Shown piece after piece: positions 27,633 through 36,453 of a stretch of DNA of 64,000 nucleotides (within the stretch, counting starts at the first letter, position 1; every line of letters begins with the position of its first letter). Origin of the DNA: Candidatus Binatia bacterium. GTDB lineage: Bacteria > Desulfobacterota > Binatia > UBA9968 > JAJDTQ01. Under the pieces are notes generated by a model. That model saw only the letters and a list, made by a program, of their open reading frames with translations, was not told the DNA's origin and did not search any database. The DNA lies in contig OY729432.1 of NCBI GenBank assembly GCA_963422385.1, positions 1,989,136-2,053,135 on the forward strand, read 5' to 3'. The translations under genes were made by a program, and so were the position numbers.

Positions 27633-28805
27633 ATGAAGAGTTCTGAATTGACCGGACGGCGCCGGTTTGGCCGTCTGTTGCGCTGTCTCGCCGGCGCTGT
27701 CGTCCTGACCCTTGGTTGGTCGGGGATCGTGAACGCGGACACCGTGCAACAGACCGAGCGCCACACGGTGCGCGTCCGTATCCTGACCCGCGGGCTCGAA
27801 CACCCGTGGTCGCTCGCGTTTCTCCCCGACGGACGGATGCTCGTCACCGAACGGGCGGGCCGGCTACGTTACGTCGCCGCCGACGGCACGCTGGATCCCA
27901 CCTCCATTTCCGGCCTTCCCGAAGTGGTGGCGGAGAGGCGCCAGGGCGGGCTGCACGACGTGGCGCTGCATCCACGGTTCTCGCAGAACCGCCTCGTCTA
28001 TGTCGCCTACGCCGGCAAGGGCGACGGCGGCCATGGCACGGAGCTGGCCCGGGGCCGGCTCGCCGGCTACCGCCTCACCGGCGTGAAGGTCCTGTTCAGA
28101 GCGTTGCCGAAGTCGTGGGGAGGCCGTCACTTCGGCGGGCGCGTGGTGTTCGACGGCGACGGCCACGTGTTCCTTACCTTGGGGGATCGGGGTGACCGGC
28201 CGCGCGCGCAGGACCCCGGCGACCATGCCGGCTCCATCATTCGCCTCACCGAGGACGGCGGCATACCGCGGGACAACCCCTACCGGTCGCTGGCCGGTGC
28301 GAGACCCGAAATCTACACCCTCGGCAACCGTAACGTGCAGGGCGCCGCGATGAATCCCTGGACCGGCGAGCTCTGGACCCACGAGCACGGTCCGCAGGGC
28401 GGTGACGAGGTCAACGTCATTCGTGCCGGGGTGAACTACGGCTGGCCGGTGATCACCTACGGCAGAAACTACGGTATCGGCACGCGGATCGGCGAAGGGG
28501 CTCGCAAGGAGGGTATGGCTCAGCCGCTGCATCAATGGACACCGTCCATCGCGCCCTCGGGAATGGCGTTCTACGACGGGGACCGGTTCCCCGCGTGGCG
28601 TGGCAACCTGCTGGTGGGCGCGCTCAAGTTCCGCCTGCTGGTGCGTCTCGAGCTCGATGGAGAGCGAGTCGTGCGGGAAGAGCCGATACTCGAGGGCGTC
28701 ATCGGCCGGATCCGGGACGTGCGGGTCGGCCCGGACGGGTACGTCTATCTCCTGAGCGACGAGCGGAATGGGGTAATCGCGCGTCTGGAGCCTGCCGGCG
28801 GCTGA
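27633..28805 (+). CDS. PQQ-dependent sugar dehydrogenase (GSDH/YliI family)
   Basis: GLEHPWSLAFLPDG, HFGGR, GNRNVQG, EHGPQGGDE, NYGWP, SIAPSG, GRIRDV. Confidence 0.93.
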   Translation: MKSSELTGRRRFGRLLRCLAGAVVLTLGWSGIVNADTVQQTERHTVRVRILTRGLEHPWSLAFLPDGRMLVTERAGRLRYVAADGTLDPTSISGLPEVVAERRQGGLHDVALHPRFSQNRLVYVAYAGKGDGGHGTELARGRLAGYRLTGVKVLFRALPKSWGGRHFGGRVVFDGDGHVFLTLGDRGDRPRAQDPGDHAGSIIRLTEDGGIPRDNPYRSLAGARPEIYTLGNRNVQGAAMNPWTGELWTHEHGPQGGDEVNVIRAGVNYGWPVITYGRNYGIGTRIGEGARKEGMAQPLHQWTPSIAPSGMAFYDGDRFPAWRGNLLVGALKFRLLVRLELDGERVVREEPILEGVIGRIRDVRVGPDGYVYLLSDERNGVIARLEPAGG

Positions 28806-28874
28806 AGGGTACTATCCCATAAAGTGCCCGCTGGCGGCGTGCTCGTCATGGATCGCCACCGCCGTCCCCGCCGG

Positions 28875-29429
28875 CTACGCTCGCGCAATGCGACAGGTTC
28901 TCCAACTCTTCGACCAGTGTTCATCGGACTGAACATGGCCCGCGCGAACGCTCTTGCAGACGTTGAGATGGAACTCGCTGGCTGGAAATGGCCGCGCCAA
29001 CCTGATCACTACGCCTTCCCTGGCGCCGCCTAGCGCAGACGGCTCCGTGTGAGCATGGCTGACGAAGTCCCGGATCTCGCTCACTGACCGAAACTCACCC
29101 TCATACAGAACCGGGACCAACGGGATCTCCCGTTCCTCGGCGTGGCTCACGAGTGCCTGGAACGAAGAGAACGAGCCGTCCGCGAAACGAAGCGCAAAGG
29201 CATAAAAGGTCTCGTTCTCCGACACGGGGTCGTACTCGATGCTGTGAACACCGTAGATGTCCTCACCGTAGAGAAAGATGCCCGGCTCCGTGACCTTCCA
29301 CGCATGGTGCTTCCTGACCATCGCCATCCACTTGCCGATGGAGGGCGCGGAGACGCCACGCCCGTACATCTCACCCCTGTGGAGGAGCGTATTGCCGCCG
29401 TCGAGCTTCTCGGTGACGACGTCCGTCAA
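28875..29429 (-). pseudogene. ATP-dependent RNA ligase family protein, 5'-truncated
   Basis: VTEKLDGGN (KxDG), YGE, FYAF, REGVVIR; reading frame begins only a few codons before motif I. Confidence 0.75.
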
Positions 29430-30361
29430 CGTTGTTTGGGGCTGTTCTGATGCGTTTGCACACGGGCTTGGTAGAGGTTGGTCCCAGACTTGATTTCCTC
29501 AATCCGAAACGAGTGGATCAGACCCAGTTCCCCTAGCCAATGGGCAACTATTTCCTGGAACTTTGTACTCTTGCGTCTGCCCCCTGGGGGTTTCAACTTT
29601 TCGCCGCCTGCGGTAGCTGCCAGAATGGCATCGACGGTGCGTTCACCGCGTGGCCCCACGCCATCGGGGCTGGCCCCAGACCAGCCGTACTGGCGTTGCG
29701 GATACTCTCGGAGTGGGCCGAGATAGAATATCCTGTCCATCAATGCTTCGTACTCGGTTTCGAAGTCGCTCAGAAGACTCGTGTTTTGATAGTAGGTCCG
29801 GGCTTGGTCGGGAAAGAGGTGGGTTTTGACTGGACCCGGCAGATCTCCCGGTCGCCCTCGATTACGACGGAACTTGAACGGAGGACGGCCTTCTGCCGAG
29901 TTGAGCTCGAACACACTGGGGTTCTCCGCGTTGGGTTCGATACCGAAATCGGTGTCGGAAAACCTGTATTTCATATGGCGTGCCGAGAGACGCGAGTCTT
30001 CCAATCCTACCTGGGCGCTCAATTGCAAACGGCTTCCCTCGTATTTTGCGTTCCTTCGATGGTCCTCGAGTTTGAGCGGTTCCGGGAGCTTCCAATCCAG
30101 CGTCCAGGCGATGTTGTCCGTCACCTTGCCTTGATGCACAATGGCTTCGTAGGTGCCCAGATTTACCAGTTGGTTCGGTCCTCCGAAGTCCAGCACGCGA
30201 CCCCGGTCCGTCGCATTTTTCGTCTGCTTGAGCAAGAGCAGAAACTGAAGCACGCTGCTCTTGCCGGAACTGCTCGCGCCGAAAAGGCCGGTGACCTTGC
30301 CGAATTGCATATCCAGCTTGCGCCACGCCTTGAAGTTGGTGACCTCAAGTCTGTCCAACAT
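29426..30361 (-). pseudogene. AAA_21/DUF3696-type ATPase, 3'-truncated
   Basis: NFKAW, GLFGASSSGKSS, YLGPLREYP; ends before the DVGFG signature/Walker B region. Confidence 0.78.
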
Positions 30362-30384
30362 TCGTTGCTCTCCCTAATTCGGAA

Positions 30385-30453
30385 ACCACCCTCGTTTCGC
30401 CCTGAGACAGCGCCCTTCGACTTCGCTTCGCTACGCTCAGGGCGAACGGTGGT
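30385..30453. repeat. Inverted-repeat element (REP/MITE-like)
   Basis: TTCGCCCTGAG (30396-30406) / CTCAGGGCGAA (30436-30446) with outer ACCACC/GGTGGT. Confidence 0.6.
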
Positions 30454-30525
30454 CGAGCACGATACGCCGGAGTTTGCTGATTAAATAAACAAGATTACAA
30501 GAAGACCAACGAGAGTGAAGAGCGC

Positions 30526-31812
30526 CTACCCGGCATCCCCCTCCGCTTTCAAAGAGTCCAGCGCCTCCTGAACCAGCTTGCGCCGCAGCGCCTTCTCCTC
30601 GTCCGCGGGGAGGCTCGCGTCTCCGGCCACGTGGACGATGCCGTGTCCCAGCACGACGCGGTTGGAGCCCACCATCTTGGCGATGGGCAGGGCGGAGGTC
30701 ATCTGCACGACGGGGACGCCGGCCTTTTCGAGCTCGGTGGTGATCGCAGCGCCGCTGCGAGTGCTGGTGCCTCACGTGGATGTGAGGATCACGGCATCGA
30801 CCCCCTCGCGCTTCACCTTCTCCGCCATCTCCCGGCCCAGCCGGCGGGTGTTGGACAGGGGATTGGACAGGCCGGAGGTGGAGAGGAACTCGCCGTGTAT
30901 CCTGCCCACCGTGCCGTCCTTCTCCAGTTGTCTCAGGGCGTCGAGGGGCACCAGGCGGTCGGGGTCGGCTTGAACGAAGCGGGGGTCATAACCCCCGTGG
31001 GAGATCTCGTAGTCCTCGCCCGCGAGGTCGTCGGCGCCGGAGATGTCGTAGGCGCCCCAGCGGGTGGCGGCCATCCCCTCGATGGCGTCCGGATTGCCCT
31101 TGGGCACCAGCCCGCCGTCGGTGATGAGCATGACGGTGGCCTTGGAGATGTCGTCCACGCCCCTGGGCCTGGCCACGGGCTCGAAGGAGGTGACGGGCAT
31201 CTCGGTGTCGAACGGCTGGTTCCGGACCTTGGCCAGCATCATGTCCACGAGACGCTCGGCCGAGGACTTGCCGACGAACTGATCCCGTATCAGCCCTCGG
31301 GTCAGGTAGCCCTCTTCGCTTGGCAGGCCGATGGCCTCTCCGGCCGCCAATTTACGGGCCAGCCCGGCCATGCGTTGGACGACCTGCTTCATGTTGGCCG
31401 CATTCCGCCCGGAGTCGATGATGTAGAGGCCTTCCCGGTAGAGGTCCACCCCCGGGTTCTCCTCGTGCATGCCGGTGAGGGCGGGGATGCCGAGCTCGGT
31501 CCGTACCGCGCTGCACAGGGCGCCGGCGGCCATGCCGTAGCGGCCGGCGTCGAAGCACGGGCCGGCCACGAACAGGTCCGCCCGGGCGCTCCGGACATGC
31601 TCCAGGACCGCGGCCGTCAGTTCCTCCTGATGCTCGACGGCGTGGTTGTCGCCGCAGATCAGGGTCCTGACGACGGTGGCCCCTTCAGCGCAGGTCTGCT
31701 CCAGCAGACGGCCCGGGCCGACGGCGTTCCCGACCGCCCTGAGCGGGTTCCCGGCTTGCTCCTCACCGCCGATTCCTCCGAAGAACTGGTTGAGGTAGTG
31801 AACGATTCTCAT
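30526..31812 (-). CDS. grdB: Glycine/sarcosine/betaine reductase component B selenoprotein (GrdB/F/H family); Sec at TGA 30772-30774
   Basis: MRIVHYLNQFFGGIGGEE, AGPCFDAGRYG, HGGYD, DPDRLVPLD, VILTST-TGA-GTSTRSG. The frame continues with the family C-terminus to the stop at 30526. Symbol marks family only. Confidence 0.9.
30744..30771 (-). promoter_or_regulatory. Putative bacterial SECIS element
   Basis: UGA + 11 nt + stem UCGCAGC / loop GGC / GCUGCGA. Confidence 0.7.
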
Positions 31813-31852
31813 GGGTTGCCTCCCTGTTCGAGACTCGCGGCACGCGCGATGG

Positions 31853-31880
31853 GCGCGGGCGGGCTTAAACCTGCTCCTAC
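31853..31880. repeat. GTAG-type REP-like palindrome
   Basis: Minus strand reads GTAGGAGCAGGTTTAAGCCCGCCCGCGC. Confidence 0.6.
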
Positions 31881-31915
31881 AACGGGTCATCGCGCGCTGT
31901 CGCGCTGCCGGACAT

Positions 31916-33196
31916 CTAATAGACCATGGCCCGCAGCCGCGACGCGCCTTGCTGGTTGGTGACGCCCGCCACGTTCATGGCGCCCAGCTCGCGGACTCCG
32001 GCCAGAAGCTCGCCGATGGCCGGGTTTGCCGCGATCACCCGCCCGGCGGGCGGTACCTGCCACCGGGTGTCGTTGCCTCCGCCGTAGACGATGGCGTTGA
32101 CCTCGGGGAAATTGAACAGCAGGGCCGACTCCACCCGGCGGTCCCGCGACACGTCCGAGACCATCACCGCGGTGCGGATCCCCTGGGACTCCAGCAGCCG
32201 CGCGGACTCCGCCAGATCCGCATGGGGTACGCCGCCGCCGTATTTGGTCAGCACCGCGGCGTCGGCGTTCAGTGCCCACCGGACCAGGGACGCGGCGGTG
32301 CGACAGTTCCGGTCCCGGTCGGCGTTGTCCGATCCGGCGACGCTCGCCACCGTGCCGACGAAGTTCAGCTCCCCGGCGTGGTGCCTGCGATAAAGCTCGG
32401 TGATGATGGGATGGTTCTGGTAGCCGTAGGTCTCCGCGCCTCCCATGGAGGTGTAGTAGGAGGTCACCAAGGCGCCGTCCAGCCACTCGTCCGGATGCAG
32501 CAGCACCGGCAGCATCCCGGTGGTGTTCAGCCCGTAGAGCACCGGCTCGTCCAGCTCCGCCTGCCGTTGGCGGGAGAAGATCTGTCCCACGTACGCCACC
32601 CGGGGCAGTCCCGGGCGGCCCGGCGGTCCGGGGTTGACAGGCTCGAAAGTGCGGCTTTCGGCGGGTGCGTGCGGAGCCGCGGCTTGGGCGAGATGGACTG
32701 CTGTCCTGAGTCCGGCCACCCGCTTGACCCTCTGGGCCGCGTGGCCTTCCTTGCCCGGCGCCATACGGGGTATGAGGACGAGGTGGTGCAGCTTGGAGTA
32801 CCCTGAGCCCTCCGCCGCCGGTCCGGTCATCTCGAGGACGCGACCGATGGAGCCGCGCGATCCGCCCGCGGCGTGCTCGTCCAGGACCGTGACCGCCATG
32901 CCGGACAGCACGTGGGTGACGCCCATGCCTGCGGTCAGGGGAGGGCCCAGGATACCCGGGAAGTCGGGACTGGCGCCGGAAGCCTTGGCCCTGGGCTCGA
33001 TGATGTCGAACACCGGCCCGGCCCGGCAGTCCTCACCCGGAGCGACGAACTCGAAGGTAACGTCGCTGAGCGCTCCGTCTTCGAGCAACAGCCCGCGAAG
33101 CTGATCCGCATCGATGTCGAGGGTCGTTCCGTCGAGCCGGGTGGAAGGGCCGAACCGAAGGGCTCGCACCGGGTGGTACGCCAGTGTCAGATTCAC
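31916..33196 (-). CDS. Reductase component B alpha/beta subunit (GrdE/G/I-like)
   Basis: DIIEPRAK, GVTHVLSG, LPRVAYV, LLHPDEWLDGALV, TYGYQNHPII, ELNFVG, GGGVPHAD; GGAGG RBS before GTG. Confidence 0.88.
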   Translation of the reverse strand: MNLTLAYHPVRALRFGPSTRLDGTTLDIDADQLRGLLLEDGALSDVTFEFVAPGEDCRAGPVFDIIEPRAKASGASPDFPGILGPPLTAGMGVTHVLSGMAVTVLDEHAAGGSRGSIGRVLEMTGPAAEGSGYSKLHHLVLIPRMAPGKEGHAAQRVKRVAGLRTAVHLAQAAAPHAPAESRTFEPVNPGPPGRPGLPRVAYVGQIFSRQRQAELDEPVLYGLNTTGMLPVLLHPDEWLDGALVTSYYTSMGGAETYGYQNHPIITELYRRHHAGELNFVGTVASVAGSDNADRDRNCRTAASLVRWALNADAAVLTKYGGGVPHADLAESARLLESQGIRTAVMVSDVSRDRRVESALLFNFPEVNAIVYGGGNDTRWQVPPAGRVIAANPAIGELLAGVRELGAMNVAGVTNQQGASRLRAMVY

Positions 33197-33303
33197 GCGG
33201 TGACCTCCATCTCGCCACAGTCGGCCACATGATTCCACATTCCCACGGCGATGGCAAAGCGGCATGAGCGCCGCCACGGGTGACGGGTCCGGGGACCCGG
33301 CGC

Positions 33304-34821
33304 CTATCCTCGCCTCGGTGACGGAGAGCCGAGATGACTGGCGTAGGCGGCCAGTGCGGTGCCGTACTCTGCCGCGTGGACCCCGTGGTCCGTGAAGTCG
33401 CCGTGATGACACTGGAGTGCCCACAGAGCGGCGTCGCAATGCTCCGGCTTCCCGGTGAGGTCGTGGAGCTTCAGGAAGAAGCGCGCCGCGACGCCGTTTT
33501 CGGTGACCCGTGTCAGGGGATATTGAAGGAATGCGGGTCCCTTCTCGGCAATGTCGAAGAAGCCCCCTGCCGAATTTTTCAGGCTGGCCCGGATGAATCC
33601 CGCTAGGGCTTCGGCGCGTTCGAGAAAGGCCGGTTCACCGGTGGCTTGGAACCCATCCGCCAGGGCGCGTCCCGTGAGAGCCTGGTCCGTGAGGAGTCCC
33701 CGCAACCGGGCCGCGTCGTCGAAGTAGTGGGCGATGCCGCGGGAGCCGTCCCAGCAACGCTCCAGCAGGAACCGCAGTGTTTCCAGGGAGCGTTCCTCGC
33801 AGTCTTTGCGTCCCAGGGTCCCGGCGGCTCGCAGACAGGCGGAAACCGTGCGGGCATTGGCGTCGGTGTACATCCAGGGATCGGTCATGGAGAACATGCC
33901 CCGGCTCTCGTGGAGCATGGATCCCGCGGGCGTGTCCCGGCCTGGTGTGATGCGGATGTAGTCGCGGCAGCCGTGGAAGTACGGCTCGGCGGGGTCGCGG
34001 AACCCACGGTCCAGGTAGTCCAGAATCTCCTCGGCCAGCTCCCTGAAGAACGACTCCCCGGTCAGTTCGAACACGTGCAGGGCGTTGTCCAGCAGGCCGG
34101 CGTGGTCGGACAGCAGTTTCTCGTGGTGAGGCTCGCTCCAGTCCGGTTTCGACGAGTAACGAAAGAACCCGCCCTCCGGGTCATGGGTCTTGCTCTGGTG
34201 CATGCGGTGGAGGGTTATGCGGACGTGGTTGAGGTAACGCGCGTCGCCGGTGGCCGCATGACGCTGCAACAGGAATTCGTTGGCCTCGCAGTGGGGAAAC
34301 TTTCGCTCCGTTTCGTAGCCGCCGTGAACGGGATCCGCCAGGTTCCGGATGATCTCGGCGATTTCGTCCACCGCCTCCGGCCGAACGGTGGTCACGCGAG
34401 GTGGTGGCGCTACCGGAGGGCCCGGGGCCGCGGCGGGCTCGCCTTCCTGATAACCGACGTGAAGTCGCACCAGGACGTCGCTGAAGTCCCGGGGAGACAG
34501 GTAGTTGACGCTCGCCAGAAAATCGCCCTCGGCGCTCAGGAACACGATGGTGGGCCAGCCGTTCCGGTTGTAGCGCACGTCCAGGTCCGGCCGCTGGGCG
34601 TCCTCCACCCGGACCGGAACGAAGTACGCGTTCAGCAATGCCACGTTCTCGGTGTCGGAGAAGGTGGTCTCATCCATGCGTTGGCAAATGCCGCACCAGA
34701 ACGCGCCCAGGTAGAGCATGACCGGTTTCTTCTCGGCGCGCGCGCGGTCGAAGGCCGCCGTTCCCCAATCCGACCAGTGGATTCGGTGGGCGCCGTTGGG
34801 GTTGGGGGAGAAGCGAAACAT
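33304..34821 (-). CDS. DUF255/YyaL-type thioredoxin-domain protein with helical barrel
   Basis: WCGICQRMDETTF, RPDLDVRY..GWPT, KFP, GGFFRYS..PDWSEPHHEKLL. Start could be 34860. Confidence 0.88.
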   Translation of the reverse strand: MFRFSPNPNGAHRIHWSDWGTAAFDRARAEKKPVMLYLGAFWCGICQRMDETTFSDTENVALLNAYFVPVRVEDAQRPDLDVRYNRNGWPTIVFLSAEGDFLASVNYLSPRDFSDVLVRLHVGYQEGEPAAAPGPPVAPPPRVTTVRPEAVDEIAEIIRNLADPVHGGYETERKFPHCEANEFLLQRHAATGDARYLNHVRITLHRMHQSKTHDPEGGFFRYSSKPDWSEPHHEKLLSDHAGLLDNALHVFELTGESFFRELAEEILDYLDRGFRDPAEPYFHGCRDYIRITPGRDTPAGSMLHESRGMFSMTDPWMYTDANARTVSACLRAAGTLGRKDCEERSLETLRFLLERCWDGSRGIAHYFDDAARLRGLLTDQALTGRALADGFQATGEPAFLERAEALAGFIRASLKNSAGGFFDIAEKGPAFLQYPLTRVTENGVAARFFLKLHDLTGKPEHCDAALWALQCHHGDFTDHGVHAAEYGTALAAYASHLGSPSPRRG

Positions 34822-34896
34822 GGCATGAGTATCCCGGAAGTGAAGTGCGTGGACAACCATGCGCAGGATTTTCCGTTGTCGGCAAGGCGACGACCT

Positions 34897-34925
34897 GTAG
34901 AGGCGGGTTTGAAACCCGCCCGTGA
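34897..34925. repeat. GTAG-type REP-like palindrome
   Basis: GTAGAGGCGGGTTTGAAACCCGCCCG. Confidence 0.7.
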
Positions 34926-35032
34926 CCCATCCCGGGCGCGTCGGCTCGCGGCCTTGCCGGACCCCGCGGGCCTGTGGCGGGCGCCGGGCGTCTGTAGTAG
35001 AGAGAGGCCTGAAACCTTGCGAGGGGAATGCC

Positions 35033-36403
35033 ATGGCTTTTTCACGGATCGAATTGCCCGCGACGGTATCGCGCGAACAGACCCTTCGCGACTCCGAAGC
35101 GGTGCTGGCCATGCCCGACATTCCGGTCAGTGTCGAGGAGGACATCGTCCGGATCGAGGCGTTGGGAATGGAATGGGACCTGGGCATGATGGTCTACCAG
35201 CCTCGGGACGAGGCCCGGATCCCATGCGGCGCCGACGGCAGGAAGGTAGGAATCTTTCTGCTCCACGGTGGCTCGGGCGACTACAAGACCATGGAACGGG
35301 TTGCGTTGCTGGCCGCGGGCAAGTTCGGCTTCAAGGTCTTGAGCGGGACGTTTCCCGGCCGCTTCTGTTTCCCCGAGCCGAGCCGCGACTGGCCGGATGA
35401 CACCATTCACGGGGACGGGAGTGTCCGGACACCCATCTGGAAGAGGGGAGAGCTGATTGCCCGTGATGAATACGACGTCGCCCGGGACCTCTCCATGCGG
35501 CCGCGTTACGGCGCCCGAACCGTTGCCAGGGCCAAGCCCGAAACCAACTTCTATTACCGCATGGCTGCGTGGCCGGTGGCCTTTGAAGAGGGCATGAAAG
35601 AGGCCATGCGCAGGCATCTGCCCGAAGGGGCGTATTCGATCTACGGGGAAGGCCATTCCACCGGCGGCCCCTTCGTCTCCATGCTGTCCCAGCGCGTGCC
35701 GAACTTTGCGGGCGTCGTCGCCACCGAGCATACGCCTTTCGGCTACGTCGGAGCCTTGAGGGACAACTGGAGCGGCTCTTTGGGAAAGGTTCCCGGTTTC
35801 GAGCGCGTGAGCACCGACGACGCGGTCCGGAGCGACCCCTTCAACGAGCTGTACATCCGCACTTGGCGCGATCTGGCGCGCTATGCCGGTCCCGAGGCCC
35901 TGGGGCAGCAGGGCCCGGTGGCGTTGATGCAACTGCCCATGCTGATGGAAGAGGTTCTCGACGACTGGGACCGGTCCCGGTCGCGGCCGCAGTTCAAGGC
36001 GGAATACGTGATCACCCACGACATCGCGGCTTCGTTGACGGAGGCCGCGAAGGTCAGCGCCCGGCGCCTCGGCATGAACGGCGCCGAAACCGAAGCGCTT
36101 GTGAAGCGTTACCGGGGTTATCCGCGCGAGTTGTCGGGACCGGACGCACCGCCGCTGCCGCCGTTCCTGTTCATCATCACCAAGGACAGCCGGGACCACA
36201 GCCCGGAGGTCTACAAGGAGGTCGTCCTGCCCTCCTTCGCGGCCATGCGTCCCGCGCCGAAGACCCATCTGACGCACTTCGCGGCCGGCGTGCACAGCTT
36301 CTGGAAAGCCGAAGAAGGACTGCCGCAGGGCGTGGCGCCGGTCGCCGTCAAGCTGTGGAGCGACGCCATCACGGGCGGCTACTTCGCGGCCGCTGGAGTG
36401 TGA
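35033..36403 (+). CDS. Uncharacterised alpha/beta-hydrolase-fold protein
   Basis: LLHGGSGD, GHSTGG nucleophile elbow, late GVHS His; strong GC3 codon bias. Confidence 0.7.
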   Translation: MAFSRIELPATVSREQTLRDSEAVLAMPDIPVSVEEDIVRIEALGMEWDLGMMVYQPRDEARIPCGADGRKVGIFLLHGGSGDYKTMERVALLAAGKFGFKVLSGTFPGRFCFPEPSRDWPDDTIHGDGSVRTPIWKRGELIARDEYDVARDLSMRPRYGARTVARAKPETNFYYRMAAWPVAFEEGMKEAMRRHLPEGAYSIYGEGHSTGGPFVSMLSQRVPNFAGVVATEHTPFGYVGALRDNWSGSLGKVPGFERVSTDDAVRSDPFNELYIRTWRDLARYAGPEALGQQGPVALMQLPMLMEEVLDDWDRSRSRPQFKAEYVITHDIAASLTEAAKVSARRLGMNGAETEALVKRYRGYPRELSGPDAPPLPPFLFIITKDSRDHSPEVYKEVVLPSFAAMRPAPKTHLTHFAAGVHSFWKAEEGLPQGVAPVAVKLWSDAITGGYFAAAGV

Positions 36404-36453
36404 GGCCCTGGCCCCGACTCTCTCCGGGGAAAGCGGGCTCAAGCCGAGGTTGT

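Noticed and set aside
28875-30361. Intact ATPase + RNA ligase defence operon
   Set aside because: The ATPase lacks its signature/Walker B half and the ligase lacks its N-terminus.
30526-31890. Two separate ORFs (30772-31890 and 30526-30708) or a nonsense pseudogene
   Set aside because: The TGA falls exactly at the family Sec position, has a SECIS-like hairpin, and the frame continues with homologous sequence.
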